Virus record (IMG/VR): IMGVR_UViG_3300037991_001647
Span: 1 to 64,000 of that record
Length of the DNA stretch: 64,000 bases
Source of the DNA: an uncultured virus (IMG/VR IMGVR_UViG_3300037991_001647)
Taxonomy: Duplodnaviria > Heunggongvirae > Uroviricota > Caudoviricetes
Strand: one strand, 5' to 3'
Every line of letters begins with the position of its first letter. Positions within the stretch are counted from its first letter, which is position 1. Positions 39,311 to 48,915 of the stretch are shown in pieces. The notes under the pieces are model-generated. The model was not told where the DNA came from and did no database searches. It was given only the letters and a program-made list of their open reading frames with translations. A program made the translations under genes and the position numbers.

Positions 39311-40588
39311 TTACCTTTGTTTCATTTTGTTTACAAACTCTCTTAGTTCTTTTTCGTCTTTTTCATTGAGTTCAAAACTGAATTCTAGTTCTTCATATCC
39401 AGTAAATTCATCGCCTCTTTTGACTTTTAGAGTAATTGTATCTCCTGGTAATGAATGAATAGCAACATATAATAAGTCTAAAGGACCTCTTGCTGGTTCA
39501 CCGTTTATCTCTAATAAGATATCTCCTGAACGTAGACCTTCTTTGTAAGCCTGTCCTTCTTCATTTCCTTCCATATCTACATACATCATATTTCTATCTT
39601 CACGGTCTAATTCTAACATACCGTTATCTTTCATTTCATCGTATGAGAATATTTTAAACTTATATGGTACTTCTACATATGGAACCCATTTAACTGTTTC
39701 ACCTGTTTCTTTGTATTTGTCCATAATATATTTACAAGTTCTTTTTGCAATATCGGCCATAACTGCTAGACCTACACCATCCCAACCAGGAACTTGTCTA
39801 CCAGGTGATAATATACTTACTACAACACCTGCTACTTTTCCATCGTGAGTAACAACTGGTCCACCAGAGTTACCTTGATTGACAACTGCATCTATTTGTA
39901 AATGTAATGTATATACACCTGTACCAAATCTATTTGTATAGTTAATATGTCCTGTTGATGCAGTAAAAGGTAATGACATTCCGTGACCTATAACTACAAC
40001 AGGATCACCTTCTGTGAGTTCAATTCTTGAGTCTTCTACAAATTCTAAAGGTTTCCATTCTTCATTATCTTTCTTTTTTATTCTTACTAAGGCGATATCT
40101 GCAACTGGATCTGCACCTATAATTTCTGCTTCATAATCCCACCAATCTGTAGCAGTATTAACTTTTAAATCTATATTGAGTGGTAATAGTAAAGCACGTT
40201 CTATAACGTGAAAGTTGGTCATTATATAACCATATTCATCATCTACCATAACAAAGAAACCTGTACCAGTTCCGCCTAAGTTTTTGACGTACCCTGTTTC
40301 TTTAGGTATCATATTTATTTGGACAACACTTCTAAATGATTCATTTATTACGTGTTTTATATCTCTTTCATTATCAAAGCCTTTGCCATTAAATATAACA
40401 CCGTTGGTATCATACAAAAATTCACCTGCGGTTTGATTTACATCATTCCACACCCAGGCTATACCTTGATGTACTTTTACTTGAATTTCTCTTATGTAAG
40501 AATTAACAATAACTGATAGAACTAGGGTAAGTGCAATCAATCCTACTGTTGGTAGTGCCTTCTTTATTCGTTTTTTAATGCGATCCAT
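39311..40588 (-). CDS. HtrA/DegP-like trypsin serine protease with PDZ domain and N-terminal membrane anchor
   Basis: GTGF, TNFHV (His), DIAL (Asp), GNSGGP (Ser), GLRSGDILLEING (PDZ). Confidence 0.92.
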   Translation of the reverse strand: MDRIKKRIKKALPTVGLIALTLVLSVIVNSYIREIQVKVHQGIAWVWNDVNQTAGEFLYDTNGVIFNGKGFDNERDIKHVINESFRSVVQINMIPKETGYVKNLGGTGTGFFVMVDDEYGYIMTNFHVIERALLLPLNIDLKVNTATDWWDYEAEIIGADPVADIALVRIKKKDNEEWKPLEFVEDSRIELTEGDPVVVIGHGMSLPFTASTGHINYTNRFGTGVYTLHLQIDAVVNQGNSGGPVVTHDGKVAGVVVSILSPGRQVPGWDGVGLAVMADIAKRTCKYIMDKYKETGETVKWVPYVEVPYKFKIFSYDEMKDNGMLELDREDRNMMYVDMEGNEEGQAYKEGLRSGDILLEINGEPARGPLDLLYVAIHSLPGDTITLKVKRGDEFTGYEELEFSFELNEKDEKELREFVNKMKQR

Positions 40589-40598
40589 CTGGATCCTC

Positions 40599-40784
40599 CT
40601 AATCTTTAAACTGGCCTCCGTCTAGAATATTATCCCCCTTATTTCCTTCTTTTAGTTCTAATAATAACCTTGCTATTTCATTCTCAATTTCATTTGCATC
40701 TGCTATTGTCAAACGAATACTTGTCTCGCCACGCAAATTTGCTCTGTTAATTATGGCAATGAAGTCTTTTAATTTTTTATACAT
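40599..40784 (-). CDS. hypothetical protein
   Basis: 61 aa, coupled to the upstream ORF, ends DGGQFKD. Confidence 0.6.
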   Translation of the reverse strand: MYKKLKDFIAIINRANLRGETSIRLTIADANEIENEIARLLLELKEGNKGDNILDGGQFKD

Positions 40785-41277
40785 TCATTTTACTTGCTTT
40801 GAGAACTTCGGCTTCTAACTCGGTTTTTGTCTTAAACGGTCCGACGAATTCGTAGTTGTGTAATGTTTCTAGTTTAACACAATATGTGTTCCTCCATACG
40901 CCATTAAAATGTAATCCATAATAACCTGCGGCGTACAAGGTTTTACTAGTTTCAGTTTTTGTATATGTTGGAATGTCTCTTTCTTTAACTGGAGTCATAG
41001 CAACATTACAAGGTTTGTGCTTACACGGATAACCATTTACTTCGTCTAATGCTTTACCGTACTCGACACTTTCAATTTTATTGACAAGTTTTGGTTCTAG
41101 AATTGATGAACCATATTTTGTAGTAAGAGCATCAGTGTCAAGTATATCTATACCCTCGTTTCTGATGATGACTTCAAAGTTAGAGTCATCTTTCTTTCTG
41201 ATAGTACCCAGTTTTACACCGGCATCTTCCAGTATCCAAAACTTGTCTTTTATAATCTCTGTTGTATACATAATCAC
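40777..41277 (-). CDS. hypothetical phage protein
   Basis: 166 aa, KFWILE, YAAGYY, GPFKT. Confidence 0.7.
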   Translation of the reverse strand: MIMYTTEIIKDKFWILEDAGVKLGTIRKKDDSNFEVIIRNEGIDILDTDALTTKYGSSILEPKLVNKIESVEYGKALDEVNGYPCKHKPCNVAMTPVKERDIPTYTKTETSKTLYAAGYYGLHFNGVWRNTYCVKLETLHNYEFVGPFKTKTELEAEVLKASKMNV

Positions 41278-41287
41278 CTTAGAAATT

Positions 41288-41320
41288 ATCAGTACACAAT
41301 GTGTACTGATTATATTTATC
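41288..41320 (-). promoter_or_regulatory. GATAAATA motif followed by a perfect 10-bp inverted repeat
   Basis: tatttatc at 41313-41320 and ATCAGTACAC-aat-GTGTACTGAT at 41288-41310. Confidence 0.5.
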
Positions 41321-41343
41321 CTTTTTGTTCGTAGTTAATTTCA

Positions 41344-42351
41344 TTATTCCATTAAACTCTGCGACATTTTTTGACTCTTAGGACCGTCAATAATTTGTCG
41401 TTCAAATTCTCTTAAACGTTTATAGACACTCATAAGTTCAATAATAGTCGGCCAAGCCTTTAATAGATATTGCATTGAACCTTCTACTCTACCAAATGCT
41501 CTAATTATTTGTTGCATAACACCTAATGTCACAACTCCTGCAACAATGGCTGGTGCTAGAAATACATAAGCACTTAAAACATTTGCTTGTAGATATGCAA
41601 TACGCCCAATGTTGAAATACAAATAACGCAAATATGATTTAAAATGAATACCTCTAACACCATCAAACAATTCTTCTATTGTCTTTGGTCTTACTGTATT
41701 ATCATCTTCTGCGATAACAAGTATTTTTCTATAAGCGGCCTCTTTCTTCTGTAAGTCATATTCAACTCCTACTAGTCGTAATAACCAACCTAATAAGATT
41801 AAGAATGCAGTACCACCTACAGACCAAAGTATTGCACCTGTAATCAATCCATATTGCCAATCACCAAAGAAGAAGATTGGAATACCAACTGATAATCCAA
41901 ATAAGATAGGAACAAACTGAACAAGTACCATAATTGATTCAATAAAACTTGTACCAAGTCCTTCCATAATTCTTGAAAACTTAATCGTATCTTCTTGTAC
42001 CCTTTGTGCGGCACCTTCAATAGTTCTTGCTTTGTCGTACACAGAATGATACCATTCTACCATTGCAGTTCGCCATCTAAATAAAAAGTGTGCAGTAAAA
42101 AAACTAACTGCAACTGCAATAGCAACATATATACCTGCTAGATATATAAAACTAAACAGACTTGCCCAATACTCTCCTATAGTAATAGCATTAGGTTCTG
42201 CTAGGGCTTTTTGAATCATATCATAGAATTGACCAAACCATTCATTGATTTTAACATCAATTTCTACTTGTATCCATAGTGAACTTAGTATCAATGCTGA
42301 TCCTAACCAAGCCCACAATGCCCATTTTTTTGTTGTAAAAAATCTAAACAT
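41344..42351 (-). CDS. sbmA: SbmA/BacA-family peptide transporter
   Basis: V.INEW...FYDMIQKAL, FRWRTAM, IEGAAQRVQEDT..F, QKKEAAYRK.LV..ED, WPTIIELMS.YKRL..FE. Confidence 0.9.
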   Translation of the reverse strand: MFRFFTTKKWALWAWLGSALILSSLWIQVEIDVKINEWFGQFYDMIQKALAEPNAITIGEYWASLFSFIYLAGIYVAIAVAVSFFTAHFLFRWRTAMVEWYHSVYDKARTIEGAAQRVQEDTIKFSRIMEGLGTSFIESIMVLVQFVPILFGLSVGIPIFFFGDWQYGLITGAILWSVGGTAFLILLGWLLRLVGVEYDLQKKEAAYRKILVIAEDDNTVRPKTIEELFDGVRGIHFKSYLRYLYFNIGRIAYLQANVLSAYVFLAPAIVAGVVTLGVMQQIIRAFGRVEGSMQYLLKAWPTIIELMSVYKRLREFERQIIDGPKSQKMSQSLME

Positions 42352-42361
42352 CTTAATTCCT

Positions 42362-43447
42362 TTAATCTATCTTTACCTTTATATTATTGTTCTTATAATA
42401 ATTTAAGATAAAGTCTTTACATTCCTCTTGAGTAGCAGTAAACTTAATACCCAAGTCGGTTAATTGCGACTTATTCTTGTCTTGCCATTCTTGTACTAGT
42501 TCTGACCTTATGTTAAAACCAGTAACTTTTTTAACAACATTAAACGGTTCTTCATCGAAACCAAATACCCAATCTGTTGCATTGATAAAGTTTTCAAATC
42601 TATTCAATCTCCATTTTGGATCTTTGTTAATGTCATTATAAATTCTAAATTCTTTTACTTTAAAATCTGATTGTTCATCCATAAATGTATCAACTAAGTT
42701 TTTAAAAGAACTATCAAAATCTTCATTGTTATAAAACTTATCCTTATTCTTTAATGCTTGTTCCAACTGCCATTGATAATATATACCTGTACCTGAATCA
42801 TATCTTTTCTTAAACCATTCAAACATATGTTCACCCAATCTTTCTTGTGTTCTATGTTTGTCAAAACTTAACAAAGAATTGAGATGTCTTCTTAAGAACA
42901 TTCTAACTGCAACTAATTGACTATGCGTAGCAGGATACATCCATAAACTTTTTATTCCTTTTAACTGTTCGTAGTCTCTTTTATTATAATGTGTTCTTAC
43001 GATTAATGGGTGTGTGCATCTATGCATTCTAGCAATATTAATTTTTTCTACTTGTGTAGGAAAACTTTTAACACGTTCTGGGTTATGTTCTGGATCATTA
43101 AGATTGTTTAAATGTCTTTTAATTTCAAATCTATAATAATCCCATAATTTAATATTCATTCCCATAGTTCTTATATCGTGAGTGTCTATGTTATAATGTC
43201 CTTTTAGAAGAAAAGGTTCTGCATAATCGTGTATGTAAGGAGTAGCATATTGATTATTAATACTATCCATTATTTCATAATTCTTGCCTTCAGGTGTATC
43301 TTTAATCATACTTGAGGCTTTTGCACCTGCTTTATTGGCAATTAATTCTGTGAGATATTCACCACCACTACCACCAGAATAATCTACGTGATATAGATTA
43401 CTCCAATCATACCCATTTAAATTTATGCTGAATATATTATTAGTCAT
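42362..43447 (-). CDS. hypothetical protein (paralog of 43440..44468), possible sulfotransferase/P-loop-like fold
   Basis: DWSNLYHVDYSGGSGGE, VRTH, YQWQ.E and INATDWVFG are shared with the neighbour. Confidence 0.6.
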   Translation of the reverse strand: MTNNIFSINLNGYDWSNLYHVDYSGGSGGEYLTELIANKAGAKASSMIKDTPEGKNYEIMDSINNQYATPYIHDYAEPFLLKGHYNIDTHDIRTMGMNIKLWDYYRFEIKRHLNNLNDPEHNPERVKSFPTQVEKINIARMHRCTHPLIVRTHYNKRDYEQLKGIKSLWMYPATHSQLVAVRMFLRRHLNSLLSFDKHRTQERLGEHMFEWFKKRYDSGTGIYYQWQLEQALKNKDKFYNNEDFDSSFKNLVDTFMDEQSDFKVKEFRIYNDINKDPKWRLNRFENFINATDWVFGFDEEPFNVVKKVTGFNIRSELVQEWQDKNKSQLTDLGIKFTATQEECKDFILNYYKNNNIKVKID

Positions 43448-44468
43448 AGTATTTTAAAAAATATTTCATAGTGTCCATAGTTGAATAAGGATTATCGTGT
43501 GTTTTTGGATCAAATCCTATATTAATTAACTCATTGCTATTTTCTTCTTGCCAGTCTTTTATGTATTTTTCTTCGATATGTACACCTGTGTACTTGTATA
43601 TCTGTCTTAATGGTCTAGTTGCAGTACCAAATACCCATTCGGTTGCATTTATAATATTATCTATAGGTATAGCATAATCATCAGCCTCGTGATTGATTAC
43701 GTCTTTTGCTCTAATATCACTATTATCATTGAATGCCTGTATTACAAAAGTTTGGTATGATAAATCTACTGGTATGTCAGAATAAAATCTTTCTTGTTGA
43801 TGTAATAATCTTTCTTGTTGCCACTGATACTTTACTCCACCATAATCTTTATAGTAGTTTTCAGCATAGTCCATATACTTATCACCTAAAACTTCTCTTA
43901 GTCCCCAGGATTTTACATCCATTTCAACTAACCATCGTCTTAGAAACATTCTAGCAACAATATGATTTCCTGCCCTGATAGGATATATTCTAATTGATTT
44001 TGCATTCTTTAATCTTTGATATTCTCTTTTTCTATTATGTGTTCTTAAAACGACATTATCTTTTACTATATGACCTGCGGCTATTTTTGTATAATCAGTT
44101 TTATCTACGTGAATAGTTTCATTTGAAAGAGGATCTATCTTGTCTCTAAATTTATCTATAAGTTTTAAATTGATAACCATATCAACTAACGTATGTCTGT
44201 CTAATGGTATTCTAGATTTGTATGTGTATGGTTTTAACCAAGGTTGAAAATAAGGTGTACAATATGTACTATAAAAACTATCGTCATATATGTATTTGTG
44301 ATTAGCATTTAATAAATCTGCTCTTTTACAATGTGAACACTCACCTTTTATTGCAAGTATTTCTGCAAGTTTTTCTCCACCTGAGCCAGGGTTATAGTCA
44401 ACGTGATATAGATTACTCCAATCAGTTCCATTTAATGTGATTTGAGTATAGTCCACGTGTGCTTCCAA
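43440..44468 (-). CDS. hypothetical protein (paralog of 42362..43447)
   Basis: DWSNLYHVDYNPGSGGE, LRTH, YQWQQE, INATEWVFG. Start uncertain. Confidence 0.6.
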   Translation of the reverse strand: MEAHVDYTQITLNGTDWSNLYHVDYNPGSGGEKLAEILAIKGECSHCKRADLLNANHKYIYDDSFYSTYCTPYFQPWLKPYTYKSRIPLDRHTLVDMVINLKLIDKFRDKIDPLSNETIHVDKTDYTKIAAGHIVKDNVVLRTHNRKREYQRLKNAKSIRIYPIRAGNHIVARMFLRRWLVEMDVKSWGLREVLGDKYMDYAENYYKDYGGVKYQWQQERLLHQQERFYSDIPVDLSYQTFVIQAFNDNSDIRAKDVINHEADDYAIPIDNIINATEWVFGTATRPLRQIYKYTGVHIEEKYIKDWQEENSNELINIGFDPKTHDNPYSTMDTMKYFLKYYD

Positions 44469-45184
44469 TCATTTACTGAGAAAACTTTTCCGTCTTGTCT
44501 TTTCTTTACGGCTTCTGCGATATCATAATCATTGCCACCTGATTCTGTTTTATCACCAAAGAAAATAATGATATCATCTATTTGAAAGTTTTCTAATATT
44601 TGTTGTTTGCCTTTACCCATAGGCATTATGTCTAGTCCAGTTTCTCCTGCAACTTGGGCAACTACATTATACTCTTTAGAAAAGTTTATATTGAATTCTT
44701 TTGCTATGTTAATTCTATCATTGTTTGCTAAATCATATTCAACATATTGTTTACGTTGTTTTGTATCTGCATTTCTACCAACAATACTATAATTTAATAA
44801 ACCAGGTCTTTCGTCAAAGTGTTTGCCTGTTTTTGGTTCAAATGGATTATGGATAAGTTTTGTTTCTAAGAAGTGCCAAGGTAACTGAGGTAACTTCCAA
44901 TCATTATTATAAATGTTCTTACCTTTTTCCCATACTGAATTACCACTACAATTATAAACTCTTTCTACTTTGTTGAATAGTTCTTCACCTATTTGTTCAA
45001 TAGTTTTTGGTGCATCACTTCCTGTTGCAAGATATACTTTCTCCTTAGAAACAAAATCAAGAAACCATTCTAAAAATTCTTTATCAATAAGACCTCTACT
45101 TGGTGTAAGTGTACCGTCTACGTCAAATACATAACACTTTTTCATTTCTCTAAATGCATCTATGTCATCTTGACTAATCATCAT
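44432..45184 (-). CDS. HAD-IIB phosphomannomutase-like enzyme (PMM type)
   Basis: FDVDGTLTPSR, TGSD, N.SIVGR, FFGDKT..GGNDY. Confidence 0.85.
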   Translation of the reverse strand: MMISQDDIDAFREMKKCYVFDVDGTLTPSRGLIDKEFLEWFLDFVSKEKVYLATGSDAPKTIEQIGEELFNKVERVYNCSGNSVWEKGKNIYNNDWKLPQLPWHFLETKLIHNPFEPKTGKHFDERPGLLNYSIVGRNADTKQRKQYVEYDLANNDRINIAKEFNINFSKEYNVVAQVAGETGLDIMPMGKGKQQILENFQIDDIIIFFGDKTESGGNDYDIAEAVKKRQDGKVFSVNDWKHTWTILKSH

Positions 45185-45839
45185 TTGCTACATCCTCTAC
45201 TTTTTGTAGCAAATACCAATCATAAGTTTCATTAAATGTTTCAGTTTTACCGGGTTGTTTCATATTAGATAGAAATATTTCATCGTGCTGGACAAGTCTA
45301 AAGCCTGCTCTAGAAAATAAACTCTTATACATTTCTGAACCCATAATACTATAATGATTAGGAAACTTTTCTAATATACGTTCTGAGTTTTTTAATCTAT
45401 CTATATGAGGTTGTGGCATTTCTACATAAAGAAGTCCACCATTTTTAAGTATGATATTTAATTTCCATATAGTGTAAAAAGGAAAAGGAGAATGTTCTAA
45501 TGCGTGTCGCATCCAAACTGCATTGAATTCATCTTTGAAGTCCATAAAATTGAAATCGATTTGATGTACTTTAAAGCCTCGTTTTGTTACATCTTTTATA
45601 TCTTCATCATTAAGAGTCAGACCTTCAACGTTTTCAAATCCACGTTCTTTCATCTTTTCTAAGGCATAACCACTACCACAACCCACGTCAAGTATGCGTG
45701 AATTTTTATCTCTTAATATGTCTAAAAAGCCAGGGAGCATCTTATCAACAACTTGCATTGTTAATAGACTATCAGGTTCGTGATAGATATCAGATACTAT
45801 TTTGTTATAGAATTTATCGAAATCTTTCCAATCTCTCAT
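45174..45839 (-). CDS. class I SAM-dependent methyltransferase
   Basis: ILDVGCGSG, RHALEHS, LKNGGLLYVEMP. Confidence 0.85.
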   Translation of the reverse strand: MRDWKDFDKFYNKIVSDIYHEPDSLLTMQVVDKMLPGFLDILRDKNSRILDVGCGSGYALEKMKERGFENVEGLTLNDEDIKDVTKRGFKVHQIDFNFMDFKDEFNAVWMRHALEHSPFPFYTIWKLNIILKNGGLLYVEMPQPHIDRLKNSERILEKFPNHYSIMGSEMYKSLFSRAGFRLVQHDEIFLSNMKQPGKTETFNETYDWYLLQKVEDVANDD

Positions 45840-46021
45840 TCAACCTTCTTCCAGTCAAAACTATTTGGTTCGTTTGTGCTTTGACCAATGTACTCTTCAC
45901 CAGTTTCTAAATCTTTTAGTCTCCACTTTTCAGGACATCTTGTTCTTACTTTTAAAATGATATCATAATCAAAAGTAGGAACTTCCGAACCATCTAATAG
46001 TTTTCTTTTTTTGTTTGTCAT
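45836..46021 (-). CDS. hypothetical protein
   Basis: 61 aa, TRCPEKW.L.DLETGE.Y.G. Confidence 0.65.
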   Translation of the reverse strand: MTNKKRKLLDGSEVPTFDYDIILKVRTRCPEKWRLKDLETGEEYIGQSTNEPNSFDWKKVE

Positions 46022-47029
46022 TTAACTTGCTTCCTGCGGATATGCTTTGTTTAATATAGAAGCCATTTCATCTGGTGCTTTAGATAAATTTTGTAAGTCC
46101 CATTCACCACACCATTTTAGAAAATTAATACCAACACCTGATACTGTCTTAGGCTTACTTGCATCTGCAATAGTTTGAACAAATTCTACCTTGAGTTCTA
46201 CAGGTTGTGCGTGTAAATCAATCAAAGTTTTATTACGTTCATAATCTTCTCTTACTGTATGCTCGTCACCGTTATGGTCTGTCCATCTTTGTAGCATAAA
46301 GTTATTCCAATTAAACCCACCAGTATCTTGGTCTTCATATGCCTCTATCATACCAATTTTATTTCTTGTGCCTTTCTTTCTAGCACCAGGATATGCTGAG
46401 AAAATATTATCACTTGTATCACCTCGAATACATTTCTCAAACAATAACCACTTAGGGTCTGGAGCAGGCATAATCTCTTTTGTCTTTTTATCTTTCATAG
46501 GTGTCATATTTTTATCATCTTTAAAGTAACCATCTTTAGTAATGATACGATTTTGTACACCATCATAAATCTTTACATTGTCTTGAATTAGTTGTAGATA
46601 ATCACTATCACTTGAAATTACAATGTGTTCATCTTTAGGATGTGATTCAATAAACATAGCAATCATATCATCTGCCTCTGCTTGTTTATTGTGTAGTAAT
46701 GTTACATTTGTTTTCTTATCTAAGAATTCAACAAGTTCATCATATGCATTAAACATAATCTGATTTTCTTCTTGTTCTTTTACTGATAAGGCCTCACGTG
46801 CATCTTTACGATTACGTTTATATGGTTCATAGAAATCTTTACGCCAACTTCTACCCTCTAAACAAAATACTGCGTGGTCGGCATTGAATTTATTATAACA
46901 CATTTTCACACTATTCATCATAATATGAAAAGCCATACCAATACGCATATCAACATTTGAACCACGCATTGCCACGTGTTTCGCTCTGTGAAACATATTA
47001 AAACTATCAACTAATATAAAAGTCGCCAT
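46022..47029 (-). CDS. T4 RNase H-like 5'-3' exonuclease / flap endonuclease
   Basis: ILVD..N, SWRK..Y..YK.NR, EADD, SSDSD..QL, GD.SDNI. Confidence 0.88.
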   Translation of the reverse strand: MATFILVDSFNMFHRAKHVAMRGSNVDMRIGMAFHIMMNSVKMCYNKFNADHAVFCLEGRSWRKDFYEPYKRNRKDAREALSVKEQEENQIMFNAYDELVEFLDKKTNVTLLHNKQAEADDMIAMFIESHPKDEHIVISSDSDYLQLIQDNVKIYDGVQNRIITKDGYFKDDKNMTPMKDKKTKEIMPAPDPKWLLFEKCIRGDTSDNIFSAYPGARKKGTRNKIGMIEAYEDQDTGGFNWNNFMLQRWTDHNGDEHTVREDYERNKTLIDLHAQPVELKVEFVQTIADASKPKTVSGVGINFLKWCGEWDLQNLSKAPDEMASILNKAYPQEAS

Positions 47030-47060
47030 TACTTACCTCTTGATTATATACGTACTTAAT

Positions 47061-47089
47061 AAGATAACACATTACGTGCGGAATGTCAA
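47061..47089 (-). promoter_or_regulatory. sigma70-type promoter
   Basis: TTGACA-N17-TATCTT with TG extension. Confidence 0.55.
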
Positions 47090-47550
47090 GAATACTCTGC
47101 GGTATCGTCACCAGTCTTGAGTCTTCTAATCATTACTCCGTCTTTGCTATCAGTGTTTACACTTTTAGTAACACCTTCATCATCTTCCAAACCTTCCATT
47201 ACAATGTTCTTACATAAGTCATTGAACCAATTATCAACAATCTTATCGTTATCAGAACCTTCGTAACCATTATTTGCAAGATATTCTACAAAGTCTTCGT
47301 TAAAGTCTAACTCAAAAAATCCAGAGCCAGGTTTATCCTTTTCTAGTTCCATCTTAAGAACTTTAACCCAAGGTTCACCATTAGCAGTAGCAATTCTTTT
47401 ATCAAGTTCGTTCTTGCTTATGTGACCAAACTTATGGTCAACTTCTGCAATAGCGATATCTCTTTTCTTTTCGTCTTTAATTGCTCTTGCTTTTTCTCTT
47501 TCGTTTTCTTCATTGGACTTAAACCAAGTATTAGGTTTCATAATATCCAT
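47086..47550 (-). CDS. hypothetical phage protein
   Basis: 154 aa, GEPWV.V, GFFELDFN, VDNWF..LC. Confidence 0.7.
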   Translation of the reverse strand: MDIMKPNTWFKSNEENEREKARAIKDEKKRDIAIAEVDHKFGHISKNELDKRIATANGEPWVKVLKMELEKDKPGSGFFELDFNEDFVEYLANNGYEGSDNDKIVDNWFNDLCKNIVMEGLEDDEGVTKSVNTDSKDGVMIRRLKTGDDTAEYS

Positions 47551-47553
47551 AAT

Positions 47554-47898
47554 TTATCCTTTCAAATCAGGCACTGCTTTTAGTAATTCATTAATGCCAC
47601 CTTCAATGTATATCATATTTTTATATCCATTGTTCTTTAAGTACTTAGTCGCCTGTTCAGCCTTTGAACCATCTTGACAAAGCATTAAACAAATTATATG
47701 TGTAGGTGCATAATCAATTTGGTCAGGTATTTCTGACATTGGTATATTGAATGTGCCTTTTACTGAATCTGCATCTGCTTTTTCAGATGGCTCTCTAATA
47801 TCAGCAAACATATACTCTTGTTGATTATACCATTCATTAACGAATTCTGTAGCGGATATGCCTAGTGTATCATCATTTGTTTTATAAAAATCTTCCAT
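47554..47898 (-). CDS. rhodanese-like domain protein
   Basis: DIREPSE, NIPM, LCQDGSKA (active-site Cys), IEGGI. Confidence 0.82.
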   Translation of the reverse strand: MEDFYKTNDDTLGISATEFVNEWYNQQEYMFADIREPSEKADADSVKGTFNIPMSEIPDQIDYAPTHIICLMLCQDGSKAEQATKYLKNNGYKNMIYIEGGINELLKAVPDLKG

Positions 47899-48016
47899 TG
47901 TTTACTCCTAGTATCCTGCTTTTCTTATACGTTGTTGCAGGTCATCTTTATCTATATCTTTTTTCATTGCTCTTTCGTGTTGTTCATTATCATAAATTCT
48001 GGATGCAGTTCCATCA

Positions 48017-48913
48017 TCACGTACCCCAGGCGTTTCCGAATAAACTGATGTGGAGTCTTGGCGTGAACCTCCAACCCCTTTCCATACAGACTTCAGCCAC
48101 TTGTTTAACATTAAGATTATATTCTTCACTTCTACCGCCCAATGGCATAAGATAGACTGGACAGGTGATACCAACTTCTTTGTATTCATCAACAGCCCGA
48201 TGCACTTCATCAATATCTGTAGTATCAGCAACGACAAATTTGAGATACAAATCGCTATTGCTAATGCTATTGTAATCACGGACAATATCAGGTCTGATAG
48301 CAGATTCCCAAGATTCTCCAGAAACGGATAACTTAGGCGAACACGACCAGGTGACTTTAAATCTTCCTTGATTATTGAGATAAGTTCTGAAATCTTCGTG
48401 TAGTTTTTGTGTAGAATTTGTTTCAAATGTAACATTTTTTAAATCCTCCATTCTTGGGTGTTCAAACAATTCAATATACAATCTTTGCCAAGCAAGTAAA
48501 GGTTCACCGCCTGTCATTATAAGATGAACATCTTGACCATTATCTTGCACCCATTTACCATTAGGAGTAAGACTTAGTAGATGTTCTACTACTTCATCAA
48601 CTGTAGCCTGTTTATTGAAGTGTTTAAACTCTGGATATATACTTGCATATGTATCACAACCTGTGTGAATTATAGGCAAGTCTTCAAATTCTTTTGTGGT
48701 CTTATGTACATCATCATCAATTAACTTTTTAACTTCGTCATTATATCTATTACCCATTTTGTGTTTTTCATCACGCATAGGTTCACCACGTGCTAAACCA
48801 AAATTCATACAACGAAAGTTACAACCAAATGTACGTAAGAATACACTAGGTACTCCTACGAATTTGCCTTCACCTTGAACACTATAAAATGCCTCTGAAT
48901 ACCTCAGTTTCAT
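48017..48913 (-). CDS. queE: 7-carboxy-7-deazaguanine synthase (radical SAM)
   Basis: EAFYSVQGEG...GVPSVFLRT.GCNFRC...GCDT, TGGEPL, ETN, SPKL, LKFVV, RLH. Confidence 0.9.
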   Translation of the reverse strand: MKLRYSEAFYSVQGEGKFVGVPSVFLRTFGCNFRCMNFGLARGEPMRDEKHKMGNRYNDEVKKLIDDDVHKTTKEFEDLPIIHTGCDTYASIYPEFKHFNKQATVDEVVEHLLSLTPNGKWVQDNGQDVHLIMTGGEPLLAWQRLYIELFEHPRMEDLKNVTFETNSTQKLHEDFRTYLNNQGRFKVTWSCSPKLSVSGESWESAIRPDIVRDYNSISNSDLYLKFVVADTTDIDEVHRAVDEYKEVGITCPVYLMPLGGRSEEYNLNVKQVAEVCMERGWRFTPRLHISLFGNAWGT

Positions 48914-48915
48914 TA

